Assembly: GCA_016342645.1 (NCBI GenBank)
Contig: JAEINX010000004.1
Location: 4,363-68,362 of the forward strand
Reading direction: 5' to 3'
DNA: 64,000 nucleotides
DNA from: Bacteroidales bacterium
GTDB lineage: Bacteria; Bacteroidota; Bacteroidia; Bacteroidales; JAEINX01
Shown here: positions 26,940 to 37,537 of the stretch, piece by piece
Layout: every line of letters starts with the position of its first letter
How positions within the stretch are numbered: the first letter of the stretch is position 1
Position numbers and translations under genes: made by a program
The notes under the pieces: model-generated
Told to the model about the DNA's origin: nothing
The model's database searches: none
The model's input: the letters and a program-made list of their open reading frames with translations, nothing else

Positions 26940-28787
26940 TTAATGTTGATTTTTATTAGATTGAAAAAACTTAATCACAATTTGTGCCTTAGATGCTCCA
27001 ATTATTTCTTTCAATTCTTCAAAAGAAGCTTCTTTAATTATTTTTACGGATTTGAAATTCTTTAATAATTTTTGAGTGGTGGAATCCCCAATTCCGACTA
27101 TTTCTGTTAATTCGGATTTTATAGTATGTTTTTCGAGTTTTTTACGAAAATGAGTAATTCCAAAGCGATGTGCTTCATCTCTTAATTGCTGAATAATTTT
27201 TAAAGTTTCCGATTTTTTTTCAATATATAATGGAACCGAATCACCCGGAAAATAAATTTCTTCCAATCGTTTGGCAATACCGATGATTGGAATTTTTCCT
27301 TGCAGATTGAGTTTTGAAAGACTTGATAATGCTGAACTTAATTGCCCTTTGCCTCCGTCAACAATAACTAAATTCGGTAAAGGTTTGTTTTCATCCAAAA
27401 GCCGCTTATATCGACGAAAAACAATCTCTTCCATTGAAGCAAAATCATTGGGGCCGGAAACAGTTTTAACATTATAATGACGATATTCTGCTTTTGAGGA
27501 TTTCGCCTTTCTGAAAATAACCATTGCAGCCACCGGATGGTCGCCTTGCATATTTGAATTGTCGAAACATTCGATATATTCAGGAGGTTCTTTTAGCCTG
27601 AGATCTTTCATCATTTGATTTAAAATTCGCTTCGAATGACGGTCAGGGTCAACAAAATCAAGTCGTTTTTGTTTTTCGATTTTGCAAAATTTTGCATTTT
27701 GTAATGACAAGTCAAGAAGTTTTTTCTTGTCACCGATTTTAGGGACAATGAAATGAATATCAGGGATTTTAAAATCGAAAACAAATGGAACAATTAATTC
27801 AGCAGCCTTACTTTTATGACTTTGACGTAATTCGGTAATCGTATGAATTAATAAATCTTCGTTGCTTTCGTCAAGTTTTTTAATTATTTCAAAAGTTTGG
27901 GCCTGAATAATAGCGCCATTCACTACTTTTAAGAAATTTACAAAGCCTGATTTTTCATCTGAAATAATGGAAAAAACATCAATATTATTAATTTTTGGAT
28001 TTACAACTGTTGATTTACTTTGATATTCTTTTAATAAAAATAATTTCTCCTTTAAAATTTGTGCCTTCTCAAACTCATAATTTTTAGCACATTGGTCCAT
28101 TTGATTTTTCAATGGCAAAACAATTGAAGCAATATTTCCTTTCAATATTTGCCTAATTTCATAAATTGATTTTTCATAATCATTTGCATTTTGGAATCCT
28201 TGGCAAGGGCCTAAACAATTCTCTAAATGATATTCTAAGCAAACTTTGAATTTTTTCTTTTTAATGTTTTCATCGCTAAGATTAAGGCGACAATTTCGCA
28301 GAGGATAAAGTTGTTTAATAAGCCCCAACAAGATGTTTATCATTCTCACCGAAGTATATGGTCCAAAATATTCTGAGCCGTCTTTTTCCGGATTTCTACA
28401 AATAAATACTCTTGGAAATGGCTCGTTTTTTAAACAAATCCATGGATAGGATTTGTCGTCTTTTAACATTACATTATAACGTGGTTGATGTTTTTTTATC
28501 AGATTATTTTCAAGCAAAAGTGCATCAACTTCACTGCCGACTATAATATATTTTATTTCTGAAATTTTTCTTATCAACAAAGCCAATCGTCCTGAAGCAG
28601 TATTTTCTTTATTAAAATAAGATGAAATTCGTTTATTGAGATTTTTGGCCTTTCCAACATAAATAATATTATTTTCTTTATCAAAAAACTGATAAACACC
28701 AGGTTTATTAGGTGTGTTTTTTATCTTCTGCAAAAGATTTTCTTTATTATTTTCTGTTTTTTTAAAATGCATTACATTGCCTTCCAA
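26940..28787 (-). CDS. uvrC: Excinuclease ABC subunit C
   Basis: 615 aa. GIY-YIG start (PGVYQFFDKENNIIYVGKAKNLNKRISSYF), UVR domain, C-terminal RNase H-like and HhH regions. The start could instead be Met6 (28772). Confidence 0.9.
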   Translation of the reverse strand: MEGNVMHFKKTENNKENLLQKIKNTPNKPGVYQFFDKENNIIYVGKAKNLNKRISSYFNKENTASGRLALLIRKISEIKYIIVGSEVDALLLENNLIKKHQPRYNVMLKDDKSYPWICLKNEPFPRVFICRNPEKDGSEYFGPYTSVRMINILLGLIKQLYPLRNCRLNLSDENIKKKKFKVCLEYHLENCLGPCQGFQNANDYEKSIYEIRQILKGNIASIVLPLKNQMDQCAKNYEFEKAQILKEKLFLLKEYQSKSTVVNPKINNIDVFSIISDEKSGFVNFLKVVNGAIIQAQTFEIIKKLDESNEDLLIHTITELRQSHKSKAAELIVPFVFDFKIPDIHFIVPKIGDKKKLLDLSLQNAKFCKIEKQKRLDFVDPDRHSKRILNQMMKDLRLKEPPEYIECFDNSNMQGDHPVAAMVIFRKAKSSKAEYRHYNVKTVSGPNDFASMEEIVFRRYKRLLDENKPLPNLVIVDGGKGQLSSALSSLSKLNLQGKIPIIGIAKRLEEIYFPGDSVPLYIEKKSETLKIIQQLRDEAHRFGITHFRKKLEKHTIKSELTEIVGIGDSTTQKLLKNFKSVKIIKEASFEELKEIIGASKAQIVIKFFQSNKNQH

Positions 28788-29809
28788 CCTTGAGCCTCTA
28801 AAGGAATTACAGTTCCTGATCGGGTAATCAAGTTTTTACTTTCACTACTATCGGTTATGTGTCCGATTATAGAAATATCTTCAATTTCTTTAATTTTTTC
28901 AAAATCATTTTGTGAAATTGTAAAAAGCAATTCATAATCTTCACCGCCACTTAATGCAGCAATTGTTGGATCAATTTTAAAATCTTCGGCAACACTAACA
29001 GTTAAGGAGTCGATTGGTATTTTGTCTTCGTAAACCGAACAGGAAGTTTTTGAGTTTTTGCAGATATGAAAAATCTCGGAAGCCAAGCCATCCGAAATAT
29101 CTATCATTGAAGTAGGTTTGATGTTTTGCTTTCGCAGAATTTCTACAATATCGGTTCTTGCTTCAGGCTTTAATTGCCGTTTTAAAACATAATCGAAACC
29201 GCCTAAGTCGGGTTGCATATTTGGGTCACTTTTAAAAACCTCTTTTTCTCTTTCTAAAAGCAGAAGGCCCATATACGCTCCACCCAAATCACCTGTAACG
29301 CACAATAAATCATTAGTTTTGGCCCCACTACGATATGCAATATTTTTTTCATCTACTTCACCAATTACTGTAATTGAAATAAATAGGCCGGAAGGGCTTG
29401 AAGTTGTGTCGCCACCAACCAAATCGACATTATATTTTTCACAAGCAAGCAACAAACCCGAATAAAACTCATCTAATGCTTCAATCGAAAATCTGTTTGA
29501 AATCGAAATCCCGATTATCAGTTGTTTTGGAATACCATTCATTGCGGCAATATCTGAAAAGTTCACAACTGCCGATTTATATCCAAGATGTTTTAAAGGG
29601 GTGTAAACCATATCAAAATGAACACCTTCGAGAAGCAAATCGTTTGAAACTAATGTTAATAAATTTTTATTTTTTATGACAGCAGCATCATCGCCGATTC
29701 CTTTTATTGTACTTTTATTTCGTATTTTAATATTTTTCGTTAGATGGTCGATCAATCCAAATTCACCTAATTCCGAAATTTCGGTTCTGCTAATTTTATC
29801 TTTTGACAT
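28772..29809 (-). CDS. thiL: Thiamine-monophosphate kinase
   Basis: 345 aa. AIR-synthase-like fold motifs (GIGDDAAV, VSNDLLLEGVHF, GGDT). Confidence 0.85.
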   Translation of the reverse strand: MSKDKISRTEISELGEFGLIDHLTKNIKIRNKSTIKGIGDDAAVIKNKNLLTLVSNDLLLEGVHFDMVYTPLKHLGYKSAVVNFSDIAAMNGIPKQLIIGISISNRFSIEALDEFYSGLLLACEKYNVDLVGGDTTSSPSGLFISITVIGEVDEKNIAYRSGAKTNDLLCVTGDLGGAYMGLLLLEREKEVFKSDPNMQPDLGGFDYVLKRQLKPEARTDIVEILRKQNIKPTSMIDISDGLASEIFHICKNSKTSCSVYEDKIPIDSLTVSVAEDFKIDPTIAALSGGEDYELLFTISQNDFEKIKEIEDISIIGHITDSSESKNLITRSGTVIPLEAQGWKAM

Positions 29810-29982
29810 CTTTTAATTTTTTCGACAAAATTAATGTATCTTTCAATTGCCTCAGTTATACACTCGTTTTTTTTGAAAATTATTAAAAAAGAACAAAGTA
29901 ATTGGAAAAATTGTTCAGCATTTTATTGACAATAATGTTTGAGTGGCTGGATTAAATAATGTTTTGATTTTTGTGAGTTAAA

Positions 29983-32352
29983 TTACTCAAGTGCAAAAAC
30001 ATCCATTCGTAAATTATCAAGAATTAGAGGTTTTTTATCTTTATTCCACAGATATGCTGAAATTTTATCGCCAGCAAAAATATTTGCACGAATAATGACA
30101 TCCAACTTCAATTTATTCCATTGGTTTGTAATGTAATCATTGGTTTGCAATGAATTAGTTTCCCAAAATATTGTTTCTCCGTTTCTGCTTACCGAAAAAA
30201 CAAGTAAAGGATTTGATTTTTCGAGAAGAAAAACATCTGCAGAAATTGAGATGATACAAAATTGAGTGACTGAAACTTCATGGAATTCTGAAATAAATCC
30301 GGGACTGTAAATGTCTTCACCCGACATTTTCAAACTATGTTTTCCTGAAAAAACATTTTTTGAATCAATCTTAGATTTCCAATTTTCTAATTCATTATTG
30401 ATGTTTTCAAAGTTATAATTTTTTGAAATAATTAATTCAGACGGGTGAATATTTTGTTTCGATGATTTTAGAGTATCATTAAAAGTAATTTGTTCCCATA
30501 AAATATTTATTTCATCTTTTATGAGAAATTCTTTGTCGGAAAAACTAAGTCGAATTCTTTTTACTTTTTCTCCAATAAGTTCATTTGAAACACGAATTAA
30601 ATAAGGATTTATCCATAATCCTGTCAATGAATTATCTCTTGAAAATCGATGTTTTATAATTGTTGCATTATCCAATTCATATTCAACATAATATTCTTCC
30701 TCTTTATATAATAGGCTTTTAATTATTCCTGCAAAAGTTTGATGAATTTCAAATTTTGCTTTTAAAATCCCATTTTCAATTTCCGGGATATTAATCCATT
30801 CATTGAATCTGTAATTCTCATTTCCCAAAGATGAAGGTGAATTAAATCGAGGGATTGTTGTTTTTTGAAGCAAAAGAAAATTTTCTTCATCTTCAATTAT
30901 CTTGTAATTATTTAAAAATTCAAATAGAAAATTTCCATCGCTATTAAAAATATAACGAGTATCAATTCCTTCGAGGCTTTTATTTTGATTTAATTCCCAT
31001 ATAAAAAATTCAGCCGATTTATCAGAAGAAATAAATTCGGCATTTATATTATCTATTGGGGGAGGAGCAAAAAGACATCCGTTTTGAAGCATTGGCCTCG
31101 GGCTATAATTCAATTTGTTTGGAATGATGTATGAAATTTCCCACGGAAAAAAATCAAGGGTTTCTTGTCCAATAGTTTTCAAAATTTCCGGTGAGAGTTG
31201 TTTTGTTTTTAAATTATTATCAATAGCGTTTACACTATTTTCTTTTAATTTATTAAAATTGAAAAAGGTAGATGAAAAGTTTTTGGTTCCCGAAAAGAAA
31301 GGTTTTTTGGTTGCTCCGTCAATTTCAATAGAATTTAAATTACCGTAAAAAAATATAATTAATAAGCTTAGTAAAACATAAGTGATAGCTTTTATCATTC
31401 TAATATAAATCAAAAATAAAAAGATAAACATATACAAGACATTAAGAAAAAAATTCAAGTGAAAAATGTCTTCTCTTGCAAAAGCAAATTTAAAAGAAGC
31501 AAAAAGTGCAAGAAAAAGTATTCCATAAAGAAAATTGACATTTTTTTGTTTTGAGATAAAAGGAATAATTGCAAAAATCAAAAACATTAGCGATAAATAC
31601 CACCAATTGTTTTCGGGATTTATCGAAAATGCACTTGAATTGCCCAACCCAAGAACTATGAGATTATAAAAAAACTGAAATATTCCTGAAAAATCATGAT
31701 AAATTATTAACCAAATGATGATAAAAAAAAGAGTGCCACCTACGATTGAGAAAATAATGTTTGTAATTTTCCTTGAAACAATAAAATCGATAATGATAAA
31801 ACTTGCAAAAATCAGGAATCCGATTATTCCGATAGTGATTTTAATATACAGCCCGAGAATTAAAAAAAACAATGAAAGCAGAAAAAATATTTTTTTATTT
31901 GTTTCTTTGTAAATCAGTATTGTTGAAATAATTAATGCAAAAAAAACAGTATCGAAATTGAATAAAGTTGAAGCAAAAAAAGTTAAGATAATTGAAAAAA
32001 GAACGTTTCTTTTCCTGAGAATAATTGATAAATATAAAACCGAAAAAATGAACAAAAGACGAAGAACTGATATGAAAATCACCCCAATCTCAAGATTATT
32101 TCCCATCGGAAGAGGGTACTTTAGAAATCCAAGCGGGCCATAAGTAAAAATCAGGTCTTTAACAATTTGAATGTCGGAACTGAAAAAATGGTTAAATGCT
32201 ATTATGTAAGAGTTGTCAATTCCCGAACCGATTTCAGGATCAATTTCAGGAAATGTTAAGATCAATAAAACAACCGACAAAATCGATAATAATAAAATAT
32301 TATTTTGTCTTGAAATAAAGCTATGGATTATAAAGAGTTTATCTTTTAGCAT
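29983..32352 (-). CDS. Large polytopic membrane protein with a roughly 450-aa extracytoplasmic C-terminal region (possible GT-C-type glycosyltransferase)
   Basis: 789 aa. About 10 TM helices in the first 340 aa or so, then a soluble region. Its start overlaps the GT2 gene stop. No family was recognised by eye. Confidence 0.6.
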   Translation of the reverse strand: MLKDKLFIIHSFISRQNNILLLSILSVVLLILTFPEIDPEIGSGIDNSYIIAFNHFFSSDIQIVKDLIFTYGPLGFLKYPLPMGNNLEIGVIFISVLRLLFIFSVLYLSIILRKRNVLFSIILTFFASTLFNFDTVFFALIISTILIYKETNKKIFFLLSLFFLILGLYIKITIGIIGFLIFASFIIIDFIVSRKITNIIFSIVGGTLFFIIIWLIIYHDFSGIFQFFYNLIVLGLGNSSAFSINPENNWWYLSLMFLIFAIIPFISKQKNVNFLYGILFLALFASFKFAFAREDIFHLNFFLNVLYMFIFLFLIYIRMIKAITYVLLSLLIIFFYGNLNSIEIDGATKKPFFSGTKNFSSTFFNFNKLKENSVNAIDNNLKTKQLSPEILKTIGQETLDFFPWEISYIIPNKLNYSPRPMLQNGCLFAPPPIDNINAEFISSDKSAEFFIWELNQNKSLEGIDTRYIFNSDGNFLFEFLNNYKIIEDEENFLLLQKTTIPRFNSPSSLGNENYRFNEWINIPEIENGILKAKFEIHQTFAGIIKSLLYKEEEYYVEYELDNATIIKHRFSRDNSLTGLWINPYLIRVSNELIGEKVKRIRLSFSDKEFLIKDEINILWEQITFNDTLKSSKQNIHPSELIISKNYNFENINNELENWKSKIDSKNVFSGKHSLKMSGEDIYSPGFISEFHEVSVTQFCIISISADVFLLEKSNPLLVFSVSRNGETIFWETNSLQTNDYITNQWNKLKLDVIIRANIFAGDKISAYLWNKDKKPLILDNLRMDVFALE

Positions 32353-33085
32353 TGATCTTATATTTCACTTTTATTCGCAATAAATCAATGGGAATTTTTA
32401 TCAAACTGAAAAATGAAATTTTAGAATCACCCATTTCAACCCATGTGTTTAGGGGAACTTCAATTAGTTTGCTCTTCACTTTTTCGAGTCCGTAAAATTT
32501 TATTAATCGGGCAAATATTTCAATATCGAACCACCAGCGCGAAAGAAATTTTTCTTCGAAAATCACATGAATCAAATCAGCTTTCAGGATCTTTGCCCCA
32601 CATTGAGTATCATAAACAGGGAGTTTTAAAATTATGCTTGCAAAAGTTGAAAATATTCGACCCGAATAATGCCGGTAAGAATTGCGTTTTATGGTTGAGC
32701 CTAATCTGAGTATTCTTGAGCCGAAAGCTAAAACATATTCAGGATCACTATTTAAATATTTGTCTAATAAAAAAATTTCAGTTAACGGAGTTGAAAGATC
32801 GGCATCAAAAAAGCCAATTTTATCGAATTTTTTTCTGTTAGACAATTCAAGGCTTGCAAGCCTGATTGCCTCCGCTTTTCCCCTGTTTTTTTCAAAGTCA
32901 ATAATAAAAAATTTGTCCTCTTTTCCGGCTTGAAGTTTTTTCAGAATTTCTAAAGTATTATCTGTACTTCCGTCATTTACAAAACATAAACTAATCGAAC
33001 TTGATCCATTGAAATCTTCATACTTTTTTATCGGTAGGCGTTTCTCTTCGTTATAACATGGAATTATTATACAGATTTCTTGCAT
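32339..33085 (-). CDS. Family 2 glycosyltransferase (polyprenyl-phosphate glycosyltransferase-like)
   Basis: 248 aa. IIIPCYNEE, VNDGSTDNT and FFDADLS (DxD) motifs. Confidence 0.8.
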   Translation of the reverse strand: MQEICIIIPCYNEEKRLPIKKYEDFNGSSSISLCFVNDGSTDNTLEILKKLQAGKEDKFFIIDFEKNRGKAEAIRLASLELSNRKKFDKIGFFDADLSTPLTEIFLLDKYLNSDPEYVLAFGSRILRLGSTIKRNSYRHYSGRIFSTFASIILKLPVYDTQCGAKILKADLIHVIFEEKFLSRWWFDIEIFARLIKFYGLEKVKSKLIEVPLNTWVEMGDSKISFFSLIKIPIDLLRIKVKYKINAKR

Positions 33086-33855
33086 ATTATATAATTTGAA
33101 AGGCCGGGAAATTTAAGTCCTGCATTTTTTAGTAGTTTAAACAATCGAAAATCAATAATAAGGAAATTCTTCAAACAATAGTCTAAAAATTTTCTTTCCT
33201 TCCACTTTGCCACACCGTTGAAAGTCTTACCCCGACTACCAAATACTTTGGTTTTATAAGATTGTAAACATCTGATCATAAACAAAGAAAAGAAGAAATA
33301 CCCAAATTCAATCGCACTCAATCCGGCTTTATTAATTGTATTTAATAAAGTTTTATTAGCATAGCGGCGAAAATGATTTAGATATTTATCGTGGGCGCCA
33401 AGCAAATGTTGAAAAGCCGGAACCGTGATAACAAATTTTGTTTTTTGAGTAATAAAACTTTCAGATAACAAGGATGATAGAAATTTAGTGTCATCTTTAA
33501 TGTGTTCTAAAACATCTAATAATAAAACAATATCAGCCTTTTTGTTTATAGCTTTTGCTTGTTGAGTTGATTGAAAAATCGAAATCGCCGGATTATTGAT
33601 TTTTTTTTCGAGTTTTGAAATAATTTCGGAATTGAAAGCATTATCGATGGCAATAATTTTTGATGATTTGATTTTTTTTGTAAGCTGGTCAGCTAAAAAA
33701 ACATCGCCGCAACCTATGTCATAAACAGTGCATTCCTTATCGGATGAGAAATCAAAATATTTTTTTATTAAAGAAATTACTACTTCACTTCTCGCCAACT
33801 CCCATGGATGTCTTCCTGAGAATTCCCCTGAAATATTACTTTCTTTTAAATCCAT
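33067..33855 (-). CDS. Class I SAM-dependent methyltransferase
   Basis: 262 aa. Motif I is VYDIGCGDVF, with the post-I acidic residue in IAID. LLLDVLEHI. Its stop overlaps the GT2 start. Confidence 0.75.
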   Translation of the reverse strand: MDLKESNISGEFSGRHPWELARSEVVISLIKKYFDFSSDKECTVYDIGCGDVFLADQLTKKIKSSKIIAIDNAFNSEIISKLEKKINNPAISIFQSTQQAKAINKKADIVLLLDVLEHIKDDTKFLSSLLSESFITQKTKFVITVPAFQHLLGAHDKYLNHFRRYANKTLLNTINKAGLSAIEFGYFFFSLFMIRCLQSYKTKVFGSRGKTFNGVAKWKERKFLDYCLKNFLIIDFRLFKLLKNAGLKFPGLSNYIICKKSV

Positions 33856-33897
33856 TCAATTAAAGATTTTATTGCAAAAATAGTAATACTTAGAAAA

Positions 33898-34623
33898 TCA
33901 ATTTAACACCGTTTGAAGAACCGCCAATGATTTAATTTCCTTGAAATTTTCGACATGAATTTTATAATAATCAATTAGTTTTTCTAACAGTTGCATTCTT
34001 TGAATTTTACTAATTTTAAGTTCATTAATTTTTTCGAATGAAATATTTAACAAATCATTTAAAATTAAACTTAATTCCGTATTTAAATAATATTGATGAA
34101 TTGGGATGCCTTTAATAAAAATTCCTTCTGTTAAATCAAAATATCTGAATTGCTCTGTTTGTTTTTGATGTGGAAAGAAACCGAGATGTTTTGTTAGCTT
34201 GATAAGAAAAAGCAGGTGAAAATTTGCAAAATCTTTTTGCTGATGATCGAGAAGTTGAATTGAGTTGAAAAGGAAATCAAAAAGGTTTTGGTTTGGCTCT
34301 TCTTCCCTGATAGTTTTATGTAGAATTTCATTAAGAAACATCACAATAGAACTTTTTCGAATATCGAAAGGAATTGTTGTAAATTGATAAGCCAGCCTGA
34401 TTTCAGTCAAAAAATTGATTTTACTTTTTTCTTTTTTTGAAACCACGAGATCAAGCAAGGAAAGATTTTGAAAAACATTAGATTTAATTTTTGATTTTCG
34501 ACTTCTTACCCCTTTAACAATGTATGTTTGTAAACCGAAAATCTCAGTATAAATTTTAACAATAAGGCTTGTTTCTGAATATTTGATTCGTTGAATTACA
34601 ATTCCTTTGGTTTTATAAAACAT
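33898..34623 (-). CDS. recO: DNA repair protein RecO
   Basis: 241 aa. The N-terminal OB-fold pattern TKGIVIQRIKYSETSLIVKIYTEIFGLQTY is typical of RecO. Confidence 0.85.
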   Translation of the reverse strand: MFYKTKGIVIQRIKYSETSLIVKIYTEIFGLQTYIVKGVRSRKSKIKSNVFQNLSLLDLVVSKKEKSKINFLTEIRLAYQFTTIPFDIRKSSIVMFLNEILHKTIREEEPNQNLFDFLFNSIQLLDHQQKDFANFHLLFLIKLTKHLGFFPHQKQTEQFRYFDLTEGIFIKGIPIHQYYLNTELSLILNDLLNISFEKINELKISKIQRMQLLEKLIDYYKIHVENFKEIKSLAVLQTVLN

Positions 34624-34650
34624 TGTCTTTTATCCAAAATGACTATTGAA

Positions 34651-37005
34651 TTAATTTATAAAAAGAATTTTTGTAACTAAAGTTTCAGAGCCATCATCAT
34701 TACTGCTAAAAACCATATATACACCGGTATGTGCTCTTCTTCCATCAAAATTCTTACCATCCCAAATTGCCTGACCACCTTCTGCTTGAGTGGAATAAAT
34801 AAGAGTTCCGCTAATGTCGGTAATTTTTACGTTAGCATTTTTAACAAGCCCGCGAATAGCAATTACTCCCGAAAAATCTTCTCTGACAGGATTTGGATAT
34901 GCATAAACATCATTATTAGTCGGGCCTCCGGGAGTAGCATATCCTTTAAACGAAATAATACCTTTTGTGGTCCCGAAAAAGACTTCGCCATCGCTATTAA
35001 TTGCAATATCAATAATATCATTTGAAAGTAGGGGGCTATTATCTTCGGTGAAATGATGAATTTCTTCGGTTCCGTCTTCCGATAAAAGAAATACGCCGGC
35101 TTTTTGAGTTCCCATCCATTTTTGATTTGCTCCATTTATTGTAATAGCCGTAACAATTTCAGTTTCTAATAAATATTGAACATATCCGTCTTGCTCGACA
35201 AGAATTCTTTGTGCGTTTATCGTGCTTGATTCAAAAATATTTTCAGGCGAATAAAAGACACAAATTCCTTCATCCGTTCCAATCCAAACTTCTCCATCAA
35301 GGTCAACTGCCATGCTATAAACTTTTGAGCCTGGGATATTTCCTCTATTTTCCTGTTTTCCAAGCAATTTTGTTTCATCATCAGAAGTATCAAGAATTGT
35401 ATTATTATCATTAAAAACAACCAAATACTGACTATTTGCATCAGTAACTCTTTTGATTATCCACTTTTGATTATATGAGTCTATTATCATTTTTCCCAAG
35501 TCAAAACTTCTTGCATTTGTTCCGAGATCAAGAGCTTTCCAATCGCCTTCGTAGGTTTTTACGGTTAAAAGTAAATTTGCACCCGAATTTGCTATCCACA
35601 AATTATTATTATTATCAAAACAAACAGCACTTGTCCTATTAAAACTATAACCATCAAGTGGTTGTACTGCACTATTCTGTGGCGTGTAAATTTCATTTAT
35701 TTCCCCGTTAAGTAATTCGATAACACCTGTACCAAAACTATTTGGAGTTCCCCAGCCGCCTGAAAATACTCTTTGAGGATTTCCAGGATAAATTGCAATA
35801 CAAACAAAATCAATAATTGTATCAAAGGCTGTTATATTAGATGAGTTATAGGTTGTCCAATCATCTCCATTAAAATGGAATAACCCATTATTTAAAGACA
35901 TACTAGCCCAAGAATTACTTCTTCCACCGGGAGCAACCCAAATATCTTTTCCTCCCGATGCAAGTTGAAATACATTTACCGAACCCGGCCCATTCAATTC
36001 AATAGACTCAGCCCCGTGTCCTTTATCCCATGTTTTTATTAAGCTTAATCTTTTATCTGCAATCCAAACGTAATTATCTTTATCAATAATTGCATCATAA
36101 GGTATAGGATAGGTTGAATTTACTGAGTTTATTAAATAATTCAAATTAAAATCCAAATCAAAAACTTGCACATTATCGGAACAAGAAATAATCATTTGGT
36201 TATAATTCACTGAAATTTCTCGTTTTGTATATGTCTCTGCAGGATTAAATACTTCCCAATCAGTTCCGTTATAAAACAACAGAATATCTGAATTATAAAT
36301 ATCAGGGTTAGAAATGTTTGCAAAAACTCTACCATTAAAAGCCTGAATTGCATTAAAATTTTTATTCAGAGTTAATACGGAGTTATCTTTTGTCCATGAT
36401 GAAAAATTTGCCAGATTAGGATTAGTTAATGAAGCATAGTAAATTCCACTTTCAGTTGCTGCAAAAAAAGCAGTATCATTAAAAGTTAAATCAAGAATAT
36501 TTATTTTACTTCCTTCGGGGCCAATGTAATAAGTGTCATGAATTTCTTCATTTTCAACATCAAGAACAACTATTCCGAATCCACAAGATAAATATGCATA
36601 TTTATCAATAAAAAGTATTTTGCTAATGGTTTTATTCCCAAGTATGGTTTTTCGTTTTATATCTGGAATATTTATGATGACATTGCCTTTTATTAGGTCA
36701 ATATTTGTGTTTGAATAGGCAATTACTAATGTTTTATGATCTGAACTATAATTAATTGCATTTATTCCAACGTCAGAAAGGCCATTGACTTTTGTTAGTC
36801 GTTGAACAGATTCATCGGTTTTATTATAATAAAACAAACTATAAGGGGTAGCACAATAAATGATTTCGCCGGCCTCAACAACATCAATACTTTTTTTATA
36901 TGGTAATTGATCTCGCCATTGGCCAACCCCAATATTTTGAGCTACTGTGAAAACAGAAAAAAACAATAAAACAGCAAAAGTTAATATACGGTAATAAAGA
37001 TTCAT
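34651..37005 (-). CDS. Double beta-propeller protein with a T9SS C-terminal sorting domain (PorZ-like)
   Basis: 784 aa. Signal peptide, two-component-regulator-propeller type repeats (WIADK, WIANSG, WIGTDEG, WMGTQKAG), and a C-terminal sorting domain (GVYMVFSSNDDGSETLVTKILFIN). Size and architecture match PorZ. Assigned from memory. Confidence 0.6.
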   Translation of the reverse strand: MNLYYRILTFAVLLFFSVFTVAQNIGVGQWRDQLPYKKSIDVVEAGEIIYCATPYSLFYYNKTDESVQRLTKVNGLSDVGINAINYSSDHKTLVIAYSNTNIDLIKGNVIINIPDIKRKTILGNKTISKILFIDKYAYLSCGFGIVVLDVENEEIHDTYYIGPEGSKINILDLTFNDTAFFAATESGIYYASLTNPNLANFSSWTKDNSVLTLNKNFNAIQAFNGRVFANISNPDIYNSDILLFYNGTDWEVFNPAETYTKREISVNYNQMIISCSDNVQVFDLDFNLNYLINSVNSTYPIPYDAIIDKDNYVWIADKRLSLIKTWDKGHGAESIELNGPGSVNVFQLASGGKDIWVAPGGRSNSWASMSLNNGLFHFNGDDWTTYNSSNITAFDTIIDFVCIAIYPGNPQRVFSGGWGTPNSFGTGVIELLNGEINEIYTPQNSAVQPLDGYSFNRTSAVCFDNNNNLWIANSGANLLLTVKTYEGDWKALDLGTNARSFDLGKMIIDSYNQKWIIKRVTDANSQYLVVFNDNNTILDTSDDETKLLGKQENRGNIPGSKVYSMAVDLDGEVWIGTDEGICVFYSPENIFESSTINAQRILVEQDGYVQYLLETEIVTAITINGANQKWMGTQKAGVFLLSEDGTEEIHHFTEDNSPLLSNDIIDIAINSDGEVFFGTTKGIISFKGYATPGGPTNNDVYAYPNPVREDFSGVIAIRGLVKNANVKITDISGTLIYSTQAEGGQAIWDGKNFDGRRAHTGVYMVFSSNDDGSETLVTKILFIN

Positions 37006-37309
37006 TATTTTAAATTTTTAATATACGAAATTTTCACAAAACGTTAAAACACTTTAAATAACGTTAAAACTGTAAAAATTTTCTTAACTTTTCTATTAAC
37101 TGTTTTTTTATTAAATTATTGTTTTTGGTGTTTTTGAAAAATAATGTGAATTTTGTTTTATATTTATTTTTTAAGAAAAGATAATCAATAAATTAGTAAA
37201 ATATTAGGAGAGCACTATTAATATCACGAATAACTCTACTGGATTATTTTACGATATTAACAGTACAAACTTTAAAAACATTAAAAATTATAGAAAAATT
37301 CAATTAAAA

Positions 37310-37535
37310 ATAGTACATTTGGAGTATATATAATAGGAATTAGCATTTAATGAAATATAAAAATAGAAATTTTGAAATTTTCATTCGTTTGCAACATATC
37401 GAAGATTATCAGGGAACTAGGATAGAGTTTGCATCGGTGAACAAAGCCATGAAGCGAATGGGTAGTTCCATTAGAGTTGAAAACGAACCTATTTCCTGTG
37501 CGTCATTTTGTATCAAAATCCCCCTAAAATATTAA
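37310..37535 (+). pseudogene. Decayed 3-prime remnant of a histidine kinase (paralog of 45183..47075)
   Basis: The 61-aa ORF MKYKNRNFEIFIRLQHIEDYQGTRIEFASVNKAMKRMGSSIRVENEP...IKIPLKY aligns with the kinase C-terminus [47 protein letters not shown]...IKLPKNINYE. The G2 box is destroyed (GTRIEF versus GTGIGL). Upstream homology continues only through stop codons. Confidence 0.7.
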
Positions 37536-37537
37536 TT

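Noticed and set aside
37350-37535. 61-aa ORF that could be called a small gene upstream of the receiver.
   Set aside because: It aligns residue by residue with the last ~60 aa of the kinase at 45183..47075 but has a destroyed G2 box. Homology continues upstream through stop codons. It is a kinase remnant, not an independent gene.
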